Assembly: GCF_006345805.1 (NCBI RefSeq)
Contig: NC_042997.1
Location: forward strand, 180,792,001-180,856,000
Length of the DNA: 64,000 nucleotides
Direction: 5' to 3'
Source of the DNA: Octopus sinensis
Lineage: Eukaryota
This document shows positions 14,137 to 28,392 of this stretch, piece after piece (position 1 is the first letter of the stretch; each line of letters begins with the position of its first letter). The position numbers were made by a program, and so were the translations under genes. Below the pieces are notes generated by a model, which saw nothing but the letters and a program-made list of their open reading frames with translations, was not told the DNA's origin and did no database searches.

Positions 14137-14956
14137 AATCACTTGTTTGTTTTTTTGTCAAGACAACGAAATTGAAGAAGACACCGAAATAACCGCTATC
14201 TTCTTACTCACAATCATGCTTACATGAATGGATAGCAATATATCTCCTACAGATACATACAGAAGAGAGAAATATATATTTTACCTTGTGTTGTTTATAT
14301 TACATGCCGAAATATTGCAAAAAGCATTTCATTAAACTCATATCCATTGATATATCTGCGTCGAAATTAATAAAGAGGGTCATGTCATGACTAACATGTC
14401 TAACCTTATCACCGGCATACCGTAACTACTTGCTCCTATAAATTCAGCAAATAGAAATTTCATTATGCTTTACCCTACATATGAACTCCAAATCGAATTT
14501 CTCGAACGACGAACAATGAGAGTAAATCAACTTGTAAAAAAAAAAAATCTCGTAGTATAATGGATCCCGTTCAGCATTATAGAGATTATCTTAAAATACA
14601 AAAAAAAAAAAAAATTAATAAGCCAATGTAACCACAATGCGCAAGAGTTAAACGCAATGATATAGTGCATCAGAAAAACCAATCTATAATGATTCTATAT
14701 TTCATTTGTTATATTTAATATAGAGATTAATTCTATTATCCTAATTCAATATCGACTAAAAGTATAATTGTTGTCATATATAGGTATCTGAAGGGAATAT
14801 TATAATTATATTCAATCTGATATGATTTCAAACAAATTTCAAGTCTTATACATGAAATTACATTCACACATATACGCAGAATCGTCTTTGTATATGTATG
14901 GATACATACATGTGTATGTGGATGTATGTGTTTGATATATATATATATATATATAT

Positions 14957-14995
<39 letters not shown>

Positions 14996-15232
14996 CATAG
15001 AGTGGAAGGGAGACTATATATATATAGCTACATCTAAAATCTATATATATATACTTACAGATATGCACATACACACACACAAAATCGCATACAAATAATT
15101 GTATAGGTATCCTGATATATAAATATCTAAGATCGATAAGTGTGCGAGTGCCTTCTACATACGGGATATCTATCTATCCATCTATCCATCTAGCTATCTC
15201 TGTCTGTCTGTCTCTCTCTCTCTTTATATACA

Positions 15233-15266
<34 letters not shown>

Positions 15267-15390
15267 CATATATATATATATGTATGTATGTGTGTATGTA
15301 TGTATATATATATACATCTAGCTATCTCTGTCTGTCTGTCTGTCTCTCTCTTTCTCTCTCTCTCTCTATATATATATATATACACACACA

Positions 15391-15426
<36 letters not shown>

Positions 15427-16007
15427 TGTATGTATGTATGTATGTATATGCAAATATGGATTTTCTTTATATATATATAACCATTTAAACGTATAAATAA
15501 ATGACTTTCCCTCCCGTTGAAAGAGTTGAAAGAGGAAGCGCTTAAAATAATTCCTAGTTTGTCTGATTAGTTTTGTCTGATTATCAATGCAGCCATATTG
15601 AGTATCTCATACAATAGATTACGTACTTCCCATGTGTCTTTATGATGCATTCTCTTTTTATATGAAGTTTTTTTTTTCCGTTCATTTAACGCCCACGTTA
15701 TTGAACTTAACGAATTATGCATATAAAACTAAATTTCCATATCAAAATGGAAACTGTTAATTGTGTATAAAAGTGTTGTATGGTGTTACAATCACCAAGA
15801 AAAGAAATTCGCTTTTTACGTTTAGTTTCTTAATTAATACTCCGCAGAAACAGCTTCGCTTCTCTGTCAATTCTATCCATTCTACAATGGGTCCATCTGA
15901 AGAAGACATTTGCAGTCCACTTACAACCAAATATACTTCAAGTACGTCATCGTCCTGTAGTCAGAGCTACTCAGTCACACCGTTCATATCTTTTCCATAT
16001 AGCATCA

Positions 16008-16306
16008 AGTCGAGACACATGGCCTAGTGGTTAGAGCTGCGGACTCGCGGTCGAAGGATCGCAGGTTCGAATCTCAGACCGGGCGATGTCTGTGTTTATG
16101 AGCGAAACACCTAAGCTCTACGCGGCTCCGGCAGAAAGTAATGGCGAACTTCTGCTGACTCTTTCGCCATAACTTTCTCTCAATCTTTCCTCCTGCATCT
16201 TGCAGCTCACCGGCGTCCCGTCCAGGTGGGTGACCTATACGTCAAGGAAACCGGAAAACCGGCCTCTGTGAGCCAGGCATGGCTCGAGAAGGAACAAACC
16301 AAAAAA
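16008..16306 (+). mobile_element. tRNA-Arg(TCG)-derived SINE (family B, tail type 1)
   Basis: A box tggcctagtgg, anticodon loop gcggac-TCG-cggtc, B box ggttcgaatct; flanked by an 11-bp probable TSD atatagc(a/g)tca (15997-16007, 16307-16317). Confidence 0.85.
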
Positions 16307-18540
16307 ATATAGCGTCAGCGCTATTGAATATTGCATCGTATTTGATGCAGTTCTATAACTGGAATATTCGACATGCCCAATACCGTGGAGATTATGTTAC
16401 AGAATGACTAAGTTATGAGAGCGAATTTTCTTCTCAGCAAGGTTCGTCTCGATTAAAAGTCTAGTGATCATCTTAGAGCCAATGTAATGATCATGATTCA
16501 CTTGCTTTTTCTGAATAATGTCTATTTATAAAACAATCTAAATGTAACTCAAATACCAAATACAAACATATACACACACGCACACACGCACGAGCGCACA
16601 AACACACACGCGCACACACGCACGCTCACAAGTACATTTATTCACATATATATGTGTGTAGAAGTGTATGTTTAACGAAAACGAAACTTCGTAGCTAAAC
16701 GTTTTTACTAATTTATAATTGCTACTTATAAAAACATCTCTGCTCTCTCCATTAAATAATCCTGCGATATTTGATATTATATAAACATCATATTATTTTT
16801 TATCAGCTACTGCGAGCACAAAAGAAGCAGAAGAAAAGAAAAGAAAAAAATAGAATCAAAACTTAACTCGCCAATAATTCTTTGAATTCTCTTTTATACC
16901 TGCATATTACCTGATGCTCGTTATCTGAATACTCTTGGGGAGTAGGTACTGAGGCAAATTTGAAATTAGAAACTGCAGCTGGAAGTGACTAACGGTGGAT
17001 GTCGAAAAGAAATTGGCAATTTATGCAAGAAACTTTAATTGGAATAACATGTGAAATATGAAACTGAAGCAAATTTTATTTACAGAATTGAGTATCTTTT
17101 TTTTTTTTTTTATATTTTTTATGGAATATATTATTTTTAGAGTTTTAGCTTTTAGCATATTCATCATTTTGGTTTCAGTATCAGTTTACTAATATTGTTT
17201 TTTGTTGTTGTTGTTTTTTGTCTTTGTATTCAGCAAACTGCTAGAGTTGGGGACAGCATTAACTCCTTAGATAACTCTACGCTGCACTAGATAGCATGCA
17301 CTTACGTATGAGGTTACAGTTCGGTGCGTTTGTATGTGTGTGTATGCCCGTGTGTGTGTGTATGTGTGTGTGTGTATGTCTGTGTGTATGTATACAAATA
17401 TTTATCTAAATATAAACACGCACAGTAATCCTTCGCCATATCGCGGTTCATCTATAGCGGTTTATTATTTAAGCTTACGTCGATTCTTCCGTGATGTTGT
17501 TTTGCAATTATGATAAAATAAATATATACAAATTATAAAAATAATTTTAAAAATATTTAGTACAGTACTGTTTTTACTTCACGTATTTTCAGCTATCGAG
17601 CGTGATTTTGGATCGTAACACCCGCGATAGGCAAGTAATTACTGTATATATATATTGGTCGTAAAGAAAATTCTATTGCATTTTTGACATAATCACTTTG
17701 AAAGTACATTTCAAATACGATAAAATTAGCATTAATTTCTACAATTTCATATCTGACTATTTTCTTTGCAGATTACTTTATACCACAGTTGTTAAATTCG
17801 TATACATTTAACCCTTCAAAATAATTTCAGACTTATATCAGATACTGCATGATGTATGAATTCAAAAAGAGTCTTCCAGCAATGGAAGCAGCATGAAATA
17901 TCGTTCTCTCCATGAAAATGAATGTAAGTCTCCGTACATTCTAAGGATGTGAAATTTTTCTCTTACAGATTCCTCTCGATCTAAACTACCAAGTTTAGTC
18001 GATATTGAGCTTCTGAGAATCGTAGTCATGAAAGTTCCAAGCAAACTGCACGGGGTTAAACAATTCAAACATCATTTCGATCATAAAACACCTTCATGAA
18101 CCAATAAAAATGGTACAGCGTGTATCTCATCACCTGATTACTTCTCAACTTAATGTAAGTGTTGCTTTCCGCTATGAATTGAAAATTAGATTTGCTATCG
18201 CACCTTTCCTGGGTAATCATCACAAATGAGGAAAAGTAGGTTCTTTCTAATCATATCCAACAACTTATTTACGCATATCGTTTAAACAATATCATTTGTG
18301 TGTAATAATCATGCCCCTATCAAAATGTTGCAGGTTTCTGCCCATATGAAACACTGCTGTGTGCGAAGTAGATGTATACAATCCGTATCATCTCTCATTG
18401 AAAAAATTCAAGGAACCCTGTTATTAGTTTGCTACTTTTCTGCCTAAGTTCTTCTGATAATTTAATTTCCATTTTATAATGAAGTATTAGTTTATAACCG
18501 GAATCATTATATTAATCATATATGTTACGTTGTTTATTTT

Positions 18541-18642
18541 ACATTGAGTTTAGTTTTTACACTTCAACTCTTTTACTTGTTTCAGTAATTTACATTAAGT
18601 TTAGTTTTTACTCTTCAACTCTTTTACTTGTCTCAGTAATTT
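18541..18642. repeat. 51-bp tandem duplication spanning a SINE tail and its flank
   Basis: acattgagtttagtttttacacttcaactc...cagtaattt repeated at 18592-18642 with a few substitutions. Confidence 0.85.
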
Positions 18643-19004
18643 GACTGTAGCCATGCTGGAGCACCACCTTTAGTCGAGGAAATCGACCCCAGGAGCCTAG
18701 TACTTCATCCTATAGGTTCTCTTTTGCCGAACCGCTAAGTTACGGGGACATAAAAACACCAGCATCAGTTGTCAAGCGATGTTGGGGTAGGGACAAACAC
18801 AAACACATAAACACACACATATATATACATATACATATATCGACGGGCTTCTTTCAGTTTCCATATACCAAATCCACTCACAAGGCTTTGGTCGGCCCGA
18901 GGCTATAGTAGAAGACACTTGCCCAAGGTACCACGCAGTGGGACTGGACCCGGAACCATGTGGCTGGTAAACAAACTACTCACCACACAGCCACTCCTAC
19001 GCCT
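18610..19004 (-). mobile_element. SINE family A, near full length
   Basis: Reverse complement of the 63023 copy: tRNA-like head aggcgtaggagtggctgtgtgg...ggtccagtcccactgcgtgg, body ccttgggcaagtgtcttctactatagcc, 3' ccagcatggctacagtcaaat. Confidence 0.92.
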
Positions 19005-19730
19005 AATTTCTGTATAATTTGTTTTGATATTGTTTGCCTTCCTTTTCCTATGTCGTATCGTATCCGTGTCATATGGACTTAAGTGTTGTATCAGGGCTTG
19101 TATCAGTAATTAAACACGATTAATATGCCCTTGTAGCAGAATCTATGTAATGTTTATTTTATGGATATTTTTATTTCTTTGTTGAACTTCTGAATATATT
19201 TTAGTAGGGTTTACTTCCAGCAAAATGTCAGTACATCAACCATACTATTATAGATAAATATCATTTTGATAAGAATCAGATTAGTTACATAGGATGCGCA
19301 ATATATTGTTTTTCAGAGACCTGAAAAACTCATTACTATACAAAGAAATATCAAAACAACAACCGCTTATAGACGTTAGTGACTGGGTATCGAAGGAAGC
19401 TCGCAACAGTCGATGAAACTGCTAAGAGTGGCAGTTGAATCTCCCTCAAAGTTCACACAATTACAAAAATCAATGATACATTGAGGGGATTGGTCATGTT
19501 TCGCTGACTTGGGAGACAACGAAATAATTGCAGTTTGACTATATTGAATCATTGGAGTGCTTTTGAGAGCTGACTATGAAATAAACATCAATGCAAACAA
19601 ATTTGTTACGTACTGAGAAAGGGTCAATGCTGATTCTCATCTGGTTATTTTAACACACGCATGCACAATTCATATATGTGTGTATGAGCGTGTGTGCGTG
19701 TGTGTATGTTGTGTGCATGCACTCATATAT

Positions 19731-19761
<31 letters not shown>

Positions 19762-19928
19762 GCCTATGTGCTTGTCCATACTTATCACGTATTGCTGTAA
19801 AAGGATGTTTGCTGGTGAAAATCATTTTTGCAGTATGACTAGCTATTTCTAATTAGATTTCCAAGCGGTTTGTGTATCTGCATTTGTTAGTCTTTGTATG
19901 TATGCATATATATAATACATATTTGCAT

Positions 19929-19976
<48 letters not shown>

Positions 19977-20136
19977 TCATAAGTATACATGCATATACAT
20001 TCACATATATACTCATGTAATATATATATATATATCTATATGCATGTATGTGTATATATATGTACATATACTTATATTTATGTATATATATACATATATA
20101 TACTCATATATATATGTATATCTATCTATATATCTA

Positions 20137-20174
<38 letters not shown>

Positions 20175-20932
20175 TATATACACACACACACACATATATA
20201 TATATGTATATATATGAAAGAATGTATGTACATATGTGTACATATATATGTATTTGAGTGTCTGCGTATTTTCTGTGCGAATGTATTTTTGTGTGTGTGT
20301 GTGTATGTGTGTGCGTGAGTTTGTGTGTGTGAGTGTGTGTGTGTGTGTGTGTTTGTATGTGTGTGCGTGTGTGTGTGCATGCTTGTATTATTTTGTGACT
20401 GTGTGGTGAATATTTGTACAAGTAATAGAATTTATAATGATGCAGTAGTGAACAACCTTAATTGGTTATAGACTGTTTACTTGGAAAGCCTGACTCATGT
20501 CTAGATGATTCGATGTTCTTCTCTAATCATACAAATCCAGATAAACTATGGGGTCAATACTGATAAAGACGTCTATAGACATGGCATTGCAGCAAGCAAA
20601 GTTTGATGGAAGCCATTGGCAGTTTCTCAAGAGAGAAGGAACGCAATGTTATTTGGTTACTTCAATGAGAAATGAAATCTTTTATATGACCCAACAATTA
20701 AAGAAAACAAATAAGACGGTATCACAGTAGAACTGCAACTTAATAAACGTAATTGACGTTAAATTAAGTCAGAATTATATTTATAGATACTTGGCTTGGC
20801 AAGCATCTTCACACACAAACGTGAAGAAACTACTATGCAACACGCTAGCACAAACACACACGCGCGCACACCAGCACCCACATAACTGTTTTTATATGTA
20901 TATATGAATATATGAATATGTATATGTATGTA

Positions 20933-20982
<50 letters not shown>

Positions 20983-21980
20983 GTATATGAAGTAGAGGGA
21001 GACATATGCATGTACATAGATAGATATATAGATAATATAGATACATAGATATATATATATATATAGATATATAGATAAACACTCAATTTTACTAATCTGA
21101 TAATATTTCTTTCAGTTAACCCCTGACAAAATATATTTACCCCAAATTGTGTGTAATTTTGAGTTATCATTCTGGAAATAATTTGATACACAAAAATGTA
21201 TTAGATATTCGAAGTATTGGACACATATTTTAAAGATGAATTTTTCTTTATGGTTGCCCCGAATAGATTAAGACACCCTTTGATGTGATAACCTGAAGTA
21301 CTGCATCATATTCACTAACTCTGAAATAGTTTAGTATACACTATAATTTGGTTTCCCTTGATATGAATATTTCGCTTATCTATATAATGTTTTCTATAAA
21401 TTTCAATTGCTGCTGAGTATGATCTTTCAAACAAATGATAACGAGAACTGAAGCGTTCCAGGGATCAATCGCAAATAATATTATAAATGGCATGATATGT
21501 CTTGACTATTGAGCACCTCAAAACGCTCAAAGTTTACTCTCTCCAGCTCCGATGTGAACGCAACACCTTTTGTCCAAACGATGCAGATGTCAATTTCAAA
21601 AGTTTCCTTAAACTTGCCCCAAGGCCATACAACACTTACAAAATTTCTGCACACATCACATACAAAAATTTGGAACATATTTTACCCCCGTCCCAGATCC
21701 CCTCTTATTCGATATTATTGCGAAAGAAATCAAACAAGAAACATTCGAACGTACTTGAATGAATTCCTCCAAGAAATACTTGGCATCTCACGAACACTCG
21801 AATAGAGCTCGGCAAACAACATCCTATATGCATGAGCTATAAGGTGAAAAATCATGATTTGAAAGAATAGATCAGTTGATACTCTTAAGTTAGACATGGC
21901 CCAGGACAATAATGTATAAAATTTATCCATCTCTAGTCTATTTAGATCATATATATATATATATTATATATATATTATAT

Positions 21981-22027
<47 letters not shown>

Positions 22028-22985
22028 TATGAAGTAGAGGGAGACATATGCATGTACATAGATAGATATATAGATAATATAGATACATAGATATATATAT
22101 ATATATAGATATATAGATAAACACTCAATTTTACTAATCTGATAATATTTCTTTCAGTTAACCCCTGACAAAATATATTTACCCCAAATTGTGTGTAATT
22201 TTGAGTTATCATTCTGGAAATAATTTGATACACAAAAATGTATTAGATATTCGAAGTATTGGACACATATTTTAAAGATGAATTTTTCTTTATGGTTGCC
22301 CCGATAGATTAAGACACCCTTTGATGTGATAACCTGAAGTACTGCATCATATTCACTAACTCTGAAATAGTTTAGTATACACTATAATTTGGTTTCCCTT
22401 GATATGAATATTTCGCTTATCTATATAATGTTTTCTATAAATTTCAATTGCTGCTGAGTATGATCTTTCAAACAAATGATAACGAGAACTGAAGCGTTCC
22501 AGGGATCAATCGCAAATAATATTATAAATGGCATGATATGTCTTGACTATTGAGCACCTCAAAACGCTCAAAGTTTACTCTCTCCAGCTCCGATGTGAAC
22601 GCAACACCTTTTGTCCAAACGATGCAGATGTCAATTTCAAAAGTTTCCTTAAACTTGCCCCAAGGCCATACAACACTTACAAAATTTCTGCACACATCAC
22701 ATACAAAAATTTGGAACATATTTTACCCCCGTCCCAGATCCCCTCTTATTCGATATTATTGCGAAAGAAATCAAACAAGAAACATTCGAACGTACTTGAA
22801 TGAATTCCTCCAAGAAATACTTGGCATCTCACGAACACTCGAATAGAGCTCGGCAAACAACATCCTATATGCATGAGCTATAAGGTGAAAAATCATGATT
22901 TGAAAGAATAGATCAGTTGATACTCTTAAGTTAGACATGGCCCAGGACAATAATGTATAAAATTATCCATCTCTAGTCTATTTAG

Positions 22986-22988
<3 letters not shown>
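20983..22988. repeat. Near-identical ~1.04-kb tandem duplication (20983-21948 and 22025-22988) joined by (TA)n
   Basis: Offset 1042 falling to 1040; the only differences I found outside the TA spacer are two 1-nt indels in A/T runs. Confidence 0.95.
21450..21930 (+). mobile_element. Old CR1/L2-group LINE 3' fragment (duplicated at ~22490-22970)
   Basis: EHLKTLKVYSLQLRCER and CPNDADVNFK resemble the 1.2-5.3 kb LINE (RLEKLKLYSLQRRRER, CPNDVGITFK); shares 3' UTR taagttagacatggcc. Confidence 0.7.
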
Positions 22989-23039
<51 letters not shown>

Positions 23040-23601
23040 ATATATATGGGTGGGTGTGTTGTCGTGTGTGATTTGTGTGTATATATGTATACACGACAGT
23101 TTTGCTACAGTTTCTTTCAGGTATATATCTGCCCGAGCTTACAATAAGTGACATTAACCAAAGTACCATGTACCTGCATTTTATTCGAAGTAGCCTGAAT
23201 GCAAAGTGAAATTCTTACCCGCATTTTGTGCATAAGCCTAATTTCTATGCTTTTAGTTTAAAGTTTTATCTATCATTTAAATCAAAATGAATCTACCTTC
23301 CATAAGATTACGTGATTTTGTTTCACGCAGCATTGTTTTATGCCATTTTACACTCACGTATGTTCTTCGATCAGACCTTCACCGTGAAATTTTGTCTTGC
23401 GTTACGTCGTTTCTTCTGACGAACTTGGTGGAAATGCATACAAACTCATGAATACTGTATATAAACTTATGAATACTAACTCCATCTACAAGAAGGATAA
23501 GAATCTCAAACAATGAAGAACGTTTAGGTAACTCTATGATTAGTAGTTGGTTGATTTGTGTAAATAGCATAATGAGTTTTTTCGTTGGGGAAATATTTTA
23601 A

Positions 23602-23979
23602 TCTTTATATATAAAAGAGAGGTTGTGTGCTGTCTGTCTCCTACGATTTAGATTCCTAACTACTCCCACATTTTGCGGTGCAGTTTAACCAAAACCGGGT
23701 ATCTTATAGTCGTGATTCATATCGAGCCCTTCTGGGTATTAGCGCGCGTCTTCGATGAGTCTACGATTAAAAAAAAATTTACCATCAATTTTCCCATTTT
23801 TAATGCATTTTTGGCATATATAAGGGAAGTAACTCTCTAAAAATTTATTATTAAATCTCAGAACGTAAAAAGCTACAGTAACACCCCCCTTTGTGGTTAG
23901 CCATATACTTTACATCTCTAAAAATGCTTATATAGTTATTTCCCTTACAAACCCGAGCAACGCCGGGCGATACTGCTAG
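23602..23979 (+). mobile_element. Non-autonomous Helitron-type element
   Basis: Inserted between A(23601) and T(23980); 5' TC, 3' CTAG; subterminal hairpin cccgagcaacgccggg; second copy at 63846-64000. Confidence 0.85.
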
Positions 23980-24560
23980 TCTATAAATAATTTTAATCTG
24001 TGTGAAGGAAAATAAGATTAGATAAACGGGTCAACAGAAGAGGTTGTGAGAGTTTGCAAATATGTAATATTGTTAAATTTGCGGAAAACGTTTTATCTGA
24101 TAACAAAAACGGAAATAAAACAGCTAATGTAAAATTTGTTTTGACGATATGTAATTTAGAGTAATTATAAGGTCAAAGGGGTTGACAGTGTATATCCAAT
24201 TTATATACTTGTACTGTATCAATGAAGAAAGGATACTTTAATGAGCTATTAAAAAAACTAAAATAGCTTGAGATACAGAATGCATGTAAATATTAAATAA
24301 TCAGTTAGACGAGATAGAACAAAACTTTTGTACAGAATGTAGAAAAACCAAGCTTGATATAAAAGAATAGAACGTTATTGTTTTGTTAAGACTAAAGTGT
24401 TTTCATTATAAATAATTGAAAGGCACACAGAAAAAAGTTATCAAATTGATTTAGTTGAAAACTATATGCAATACTTACTTAATATTCTGTGAAGAAAATA
24501 ATACAAGAAACACCGGTAAGAACATATTATGTAAATGTACACAAATTTGTAAATAGATTT

Positions 24561-24604
<44 letters not shown>

Positions 24605-25036
24605 AATATATATATATATATTACCATAGAGTACATTTAAACACAAAAGAAAACTACACTTTAACAGGTAATTTTACATGCTAGAGGAAGCAGCCAACAC
24701 GGCCAAAACCACGATTTAATAGCAATTTTCGAAAGAAATGAAAAATAAAAACTTTTACCTTGTTATTTTTATTTGCGGTTATACCATGGTTTCAAATTTT
24801 TTTAGCAAATAAGATTATCTTCCACCCTTTAATAGGTAATTTTTGCAAACAAGATTATCTGCCAGGCGAATTCTCGTCAGTAACCGCCCTCAATAACTAA
24901 CTTATAATTCAGAGACAAAATAACACGTTTCCCGTCATTAAATGTTATTATTTTTCAAAATTCTGCACGCCGGCGCAGTTTCAGTCGGCAGTAAATATAA
25001 TGCTGAGCTGAATCTTCGAGAATGGGACACGTTACG

Positions 25037-25357
<321 letters not shown>

Positions 25358-27843
25358 TCGAATTAACAAGGAAATAAGTACAATTGAGAATGTATGCTAA
25401 ATGTCACTATGAAGAATTGAAAGAATTAATTTAAACTTATTCAGAAATATTTTACGGTGTCGGGTCTATTTTCCACGGAACCTAAGTTAATAATTACTTA
25501 CTGCCAAGGATTTTTACTTCCCTAAGTAACCCCCAATCCTTTTGCTCCTTTCAAATAACGCTGATATTCTCTTTAGAATACATTGTATAGATGATACAGC
25601 TGAATGTCTAAGTTTTGTTAATATAACTACGTATTAATCTTTTTAAAGAATTTGTATAAAATATTCATTAACCACTCTTAGTTATATTGAATTATAATAT
25701 TAACTTCCTTAGGTTATTAGAAATTGTCATAATGAAATATATTTATGCCGTTTAATGTGAAATAAATATCGTCTAATGTACATAATTTTAGCATTTTAAA
25801 GAGAGTAATCTGCAATATATATTATTGTAAATACAATATGATGTAAAAGTGAAGGAATAATGTTTATTGGTTCAATTATATTTGTATTGATATTAAAAGT
25901 TCCTGGATAAAGTTATATTTTCATGTTAAATATGGTCAGTTGCAGAAATTGTTCAGGGAAGCTAATGGGTAGTGTTATTAGCTAACTGATGCACTATTTA
26001 GATGTAGTATATCAAAATGTAAGTTATGTACTAGTATAATTTGTAGTAGTAATTTGTGATAAAGTTGTCTAAATGTTGTCAAAAATGTGAAGATATATAT
26101 CTATATAATGAGTCATTGTCTCTAAATTTCTTGCAGAATCTAGAGTAATATTATGTTTTTTTTAATTATCTGTGGGTGGCCTGAAGTAAGAGATGTGTAT
26201 AATATGAAAAGAATTCCGATATATGTTTGGATATTTGTTTTAAACTGCAATAAGTGGCATGGTTAGTGAATGTCAACAAATTACAAGTACTGTACTTTAA
26301 AAGAATTTTGTATTTTACAGAATTGTATAGAAAGGGTTAATATATCTATGTAAAGTATAATGCAGGCTACTCAGGGAACGGTTAATCAAATATTAGGTGT
26401 AACTTATATTCGTATCTTTAAATGAATATAAGATACCAAACTGGAAGTTTAACTTGCGTAGAAATATGAAGCAATATTATAAAAGACAAGCCGATTAATT
26501 GGTACCTGTCGACGATATTGCAAACGTAATGTATAAACGTGATGAAAGATTTGAAATATTGGAGATGTTTTAATTATTCTATGTAATATGTAATATATAC
26601 TAAATGGTTGTTGAAGCATGTTATGTTGGCTAAGACGCTTTCCATGTTAATTGTTGCGCAAAGCCAGGAAGTCTTTGTACTACTCGTATAAACTGTTTCT
26701 CAAATTTGGTTTCCATATGACGTTTGACAGTAAGTTCTCTGCTTCTGTTCCGTTTAGAAATAAACTGAGAACGTTGGTTGTATGTTATTTAAAGGATGCT
26801 TCAGTAAAATAAATGCATAACAGTTTGTTGGTTTCTAAAACTAAAAAATACCGATCTAACAAAAAAAAAAAAATTATATGTATTTGGTATTTGAAGTTAT
26901 TTCAACTCATAGTTTTAGAATTAAGCATGTGATTGTCGTTTATATTGCTTTGATGAGAATTTATCTTGCGTGATTGAATGTTATTTTGATATAATTTATG
27001 ATTAATACTTTGTATTATTTATATCATTTTATTTAGTACTTTATGAATTAAAGAACATTTTATAATAGATGTGACTACATATAAATAAAACAGCAGATTA
27101 CACAACGTTCCATGCTTTTTTCTTTCTTGTTCTATGATGAATATAGATTTGTCGATACTGTGATGAATTTTGAATCCACGTGGATTGAGGGCATCGTTTC
27201 TTTAATAGTAATATTACAAATATTTTGTGGCCTGCTTGCTTGCATCGAGTTAAACCCCCCCCCCCCTGAAAGTAACCAAAGTGATAGTGGTGGTGTTAAT
27301 CTGGGCGAATGGTTTGCCTACAATCTAGAAAGTATTAGATTAGGAAGAGAAAGTTTAAGCGGAAGGAAACAAGTATTCGAGGCTGAGTCATGTATGCCAT
27401 AAATTTGAGAGAAGGAAACGATGGTATATTAGATTGACGTTTTCGAGCAGTCGTGGTTATATTACTTACTCTTTATATGTTAATAAGTCTTTACAAAGTG
27501 CATCAACCAGTGTAGATAAAAGTGAGTCTCGCCTAACATTCCCCACGAAGGCTCCCCCGAAGATTCGAAGCTATCATACATTTTAAACGTACTCGAGAAG
27601 TATCACTACTATGACATCACAGAACTGATCTGTTATGCTACTAACAATTTAAGAATCCACATTGATTATTAATATATGTATCAAATATTCTTCCGTACAA
27701 GCATTTATTATTCATTATTCATTCTCATCTTTCACTTATTACTTGTATATACATTCATTGACATAATTTCCATCATGCTAACTCATTCGATTTAAGAGAT
27801 AACATATGAACAGAGCTATGCAAAAGTTGTGCATATACGTGTT

Positions 27844-27898
<55 letters not shown>

Positions 27899-27917
27899 TG
27901 TATGTGTGTAGGAGATA

Positions 27918-28392
27918 ATTGCTAAACTGCATAAGATCTGGTCATCAAATCTAAGTAGAGACTTCAAACTTGAAATCTTCAAAGCCACAGTCGAACCAAT
28001 TCTACTATATGGCTCAGAAACCTGGACGCTATCAAAGAAGCTTGAGAGGCGGTTGGATGGAACCTACACTCGCCTCCTTATGAGAGCTCAAAATCTCGCG
28101 TGGAAGCGCCATCCAACCAAAATGCAAATATATGGGGAACTACCACCTGTGTCATCTCTTGTGAAAGGTAGGAGAGTCCAGTTTGCTGGACATTGTTGTA
28201 GAGCTAAAAAAGAAGTAATTTCTCCTCTTCTCCTCTGGAAGCCATCTACTCGCAATACCAGAGGGCGCACACTCTCCTACCCTGATGTAATCTCCAGGGA
28301 TACGGGCATCCAGCAACAGGACCTCCGTAATGACATGATGGACCGTGAAGTCTGGCGTAGCATGGTAAATTCCATTGTCTCGACCACGGTTG
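27918..28392 (+). mobile_element. RTE-clade LINE, 5'-truncated 3' fragment
   Basis: Translates KIWSSNLSRDFKLEIFKATVEPILLYGSETWTL...RRVQFAGHCCR...DREVWRSMV; the YGSETW, GH and R..WR motifs are typical of the RTE C-terminus. Confidence 0.88.

Noticed and set aside
16016-16085. tRNA-Arg(TCG)-like sequence (also ~51810-51879)
   Set aside because: There is no complementary 3' acceptor stem, and it continues into a repeated SINE body with TSDs; these are SINE heads, not tRNA genes.
17862-18068. 68-aa minus-strand ORF
   Set aside because: No motif; it overlaps the plus-strand splice-like signals and cannot be supported as coding.
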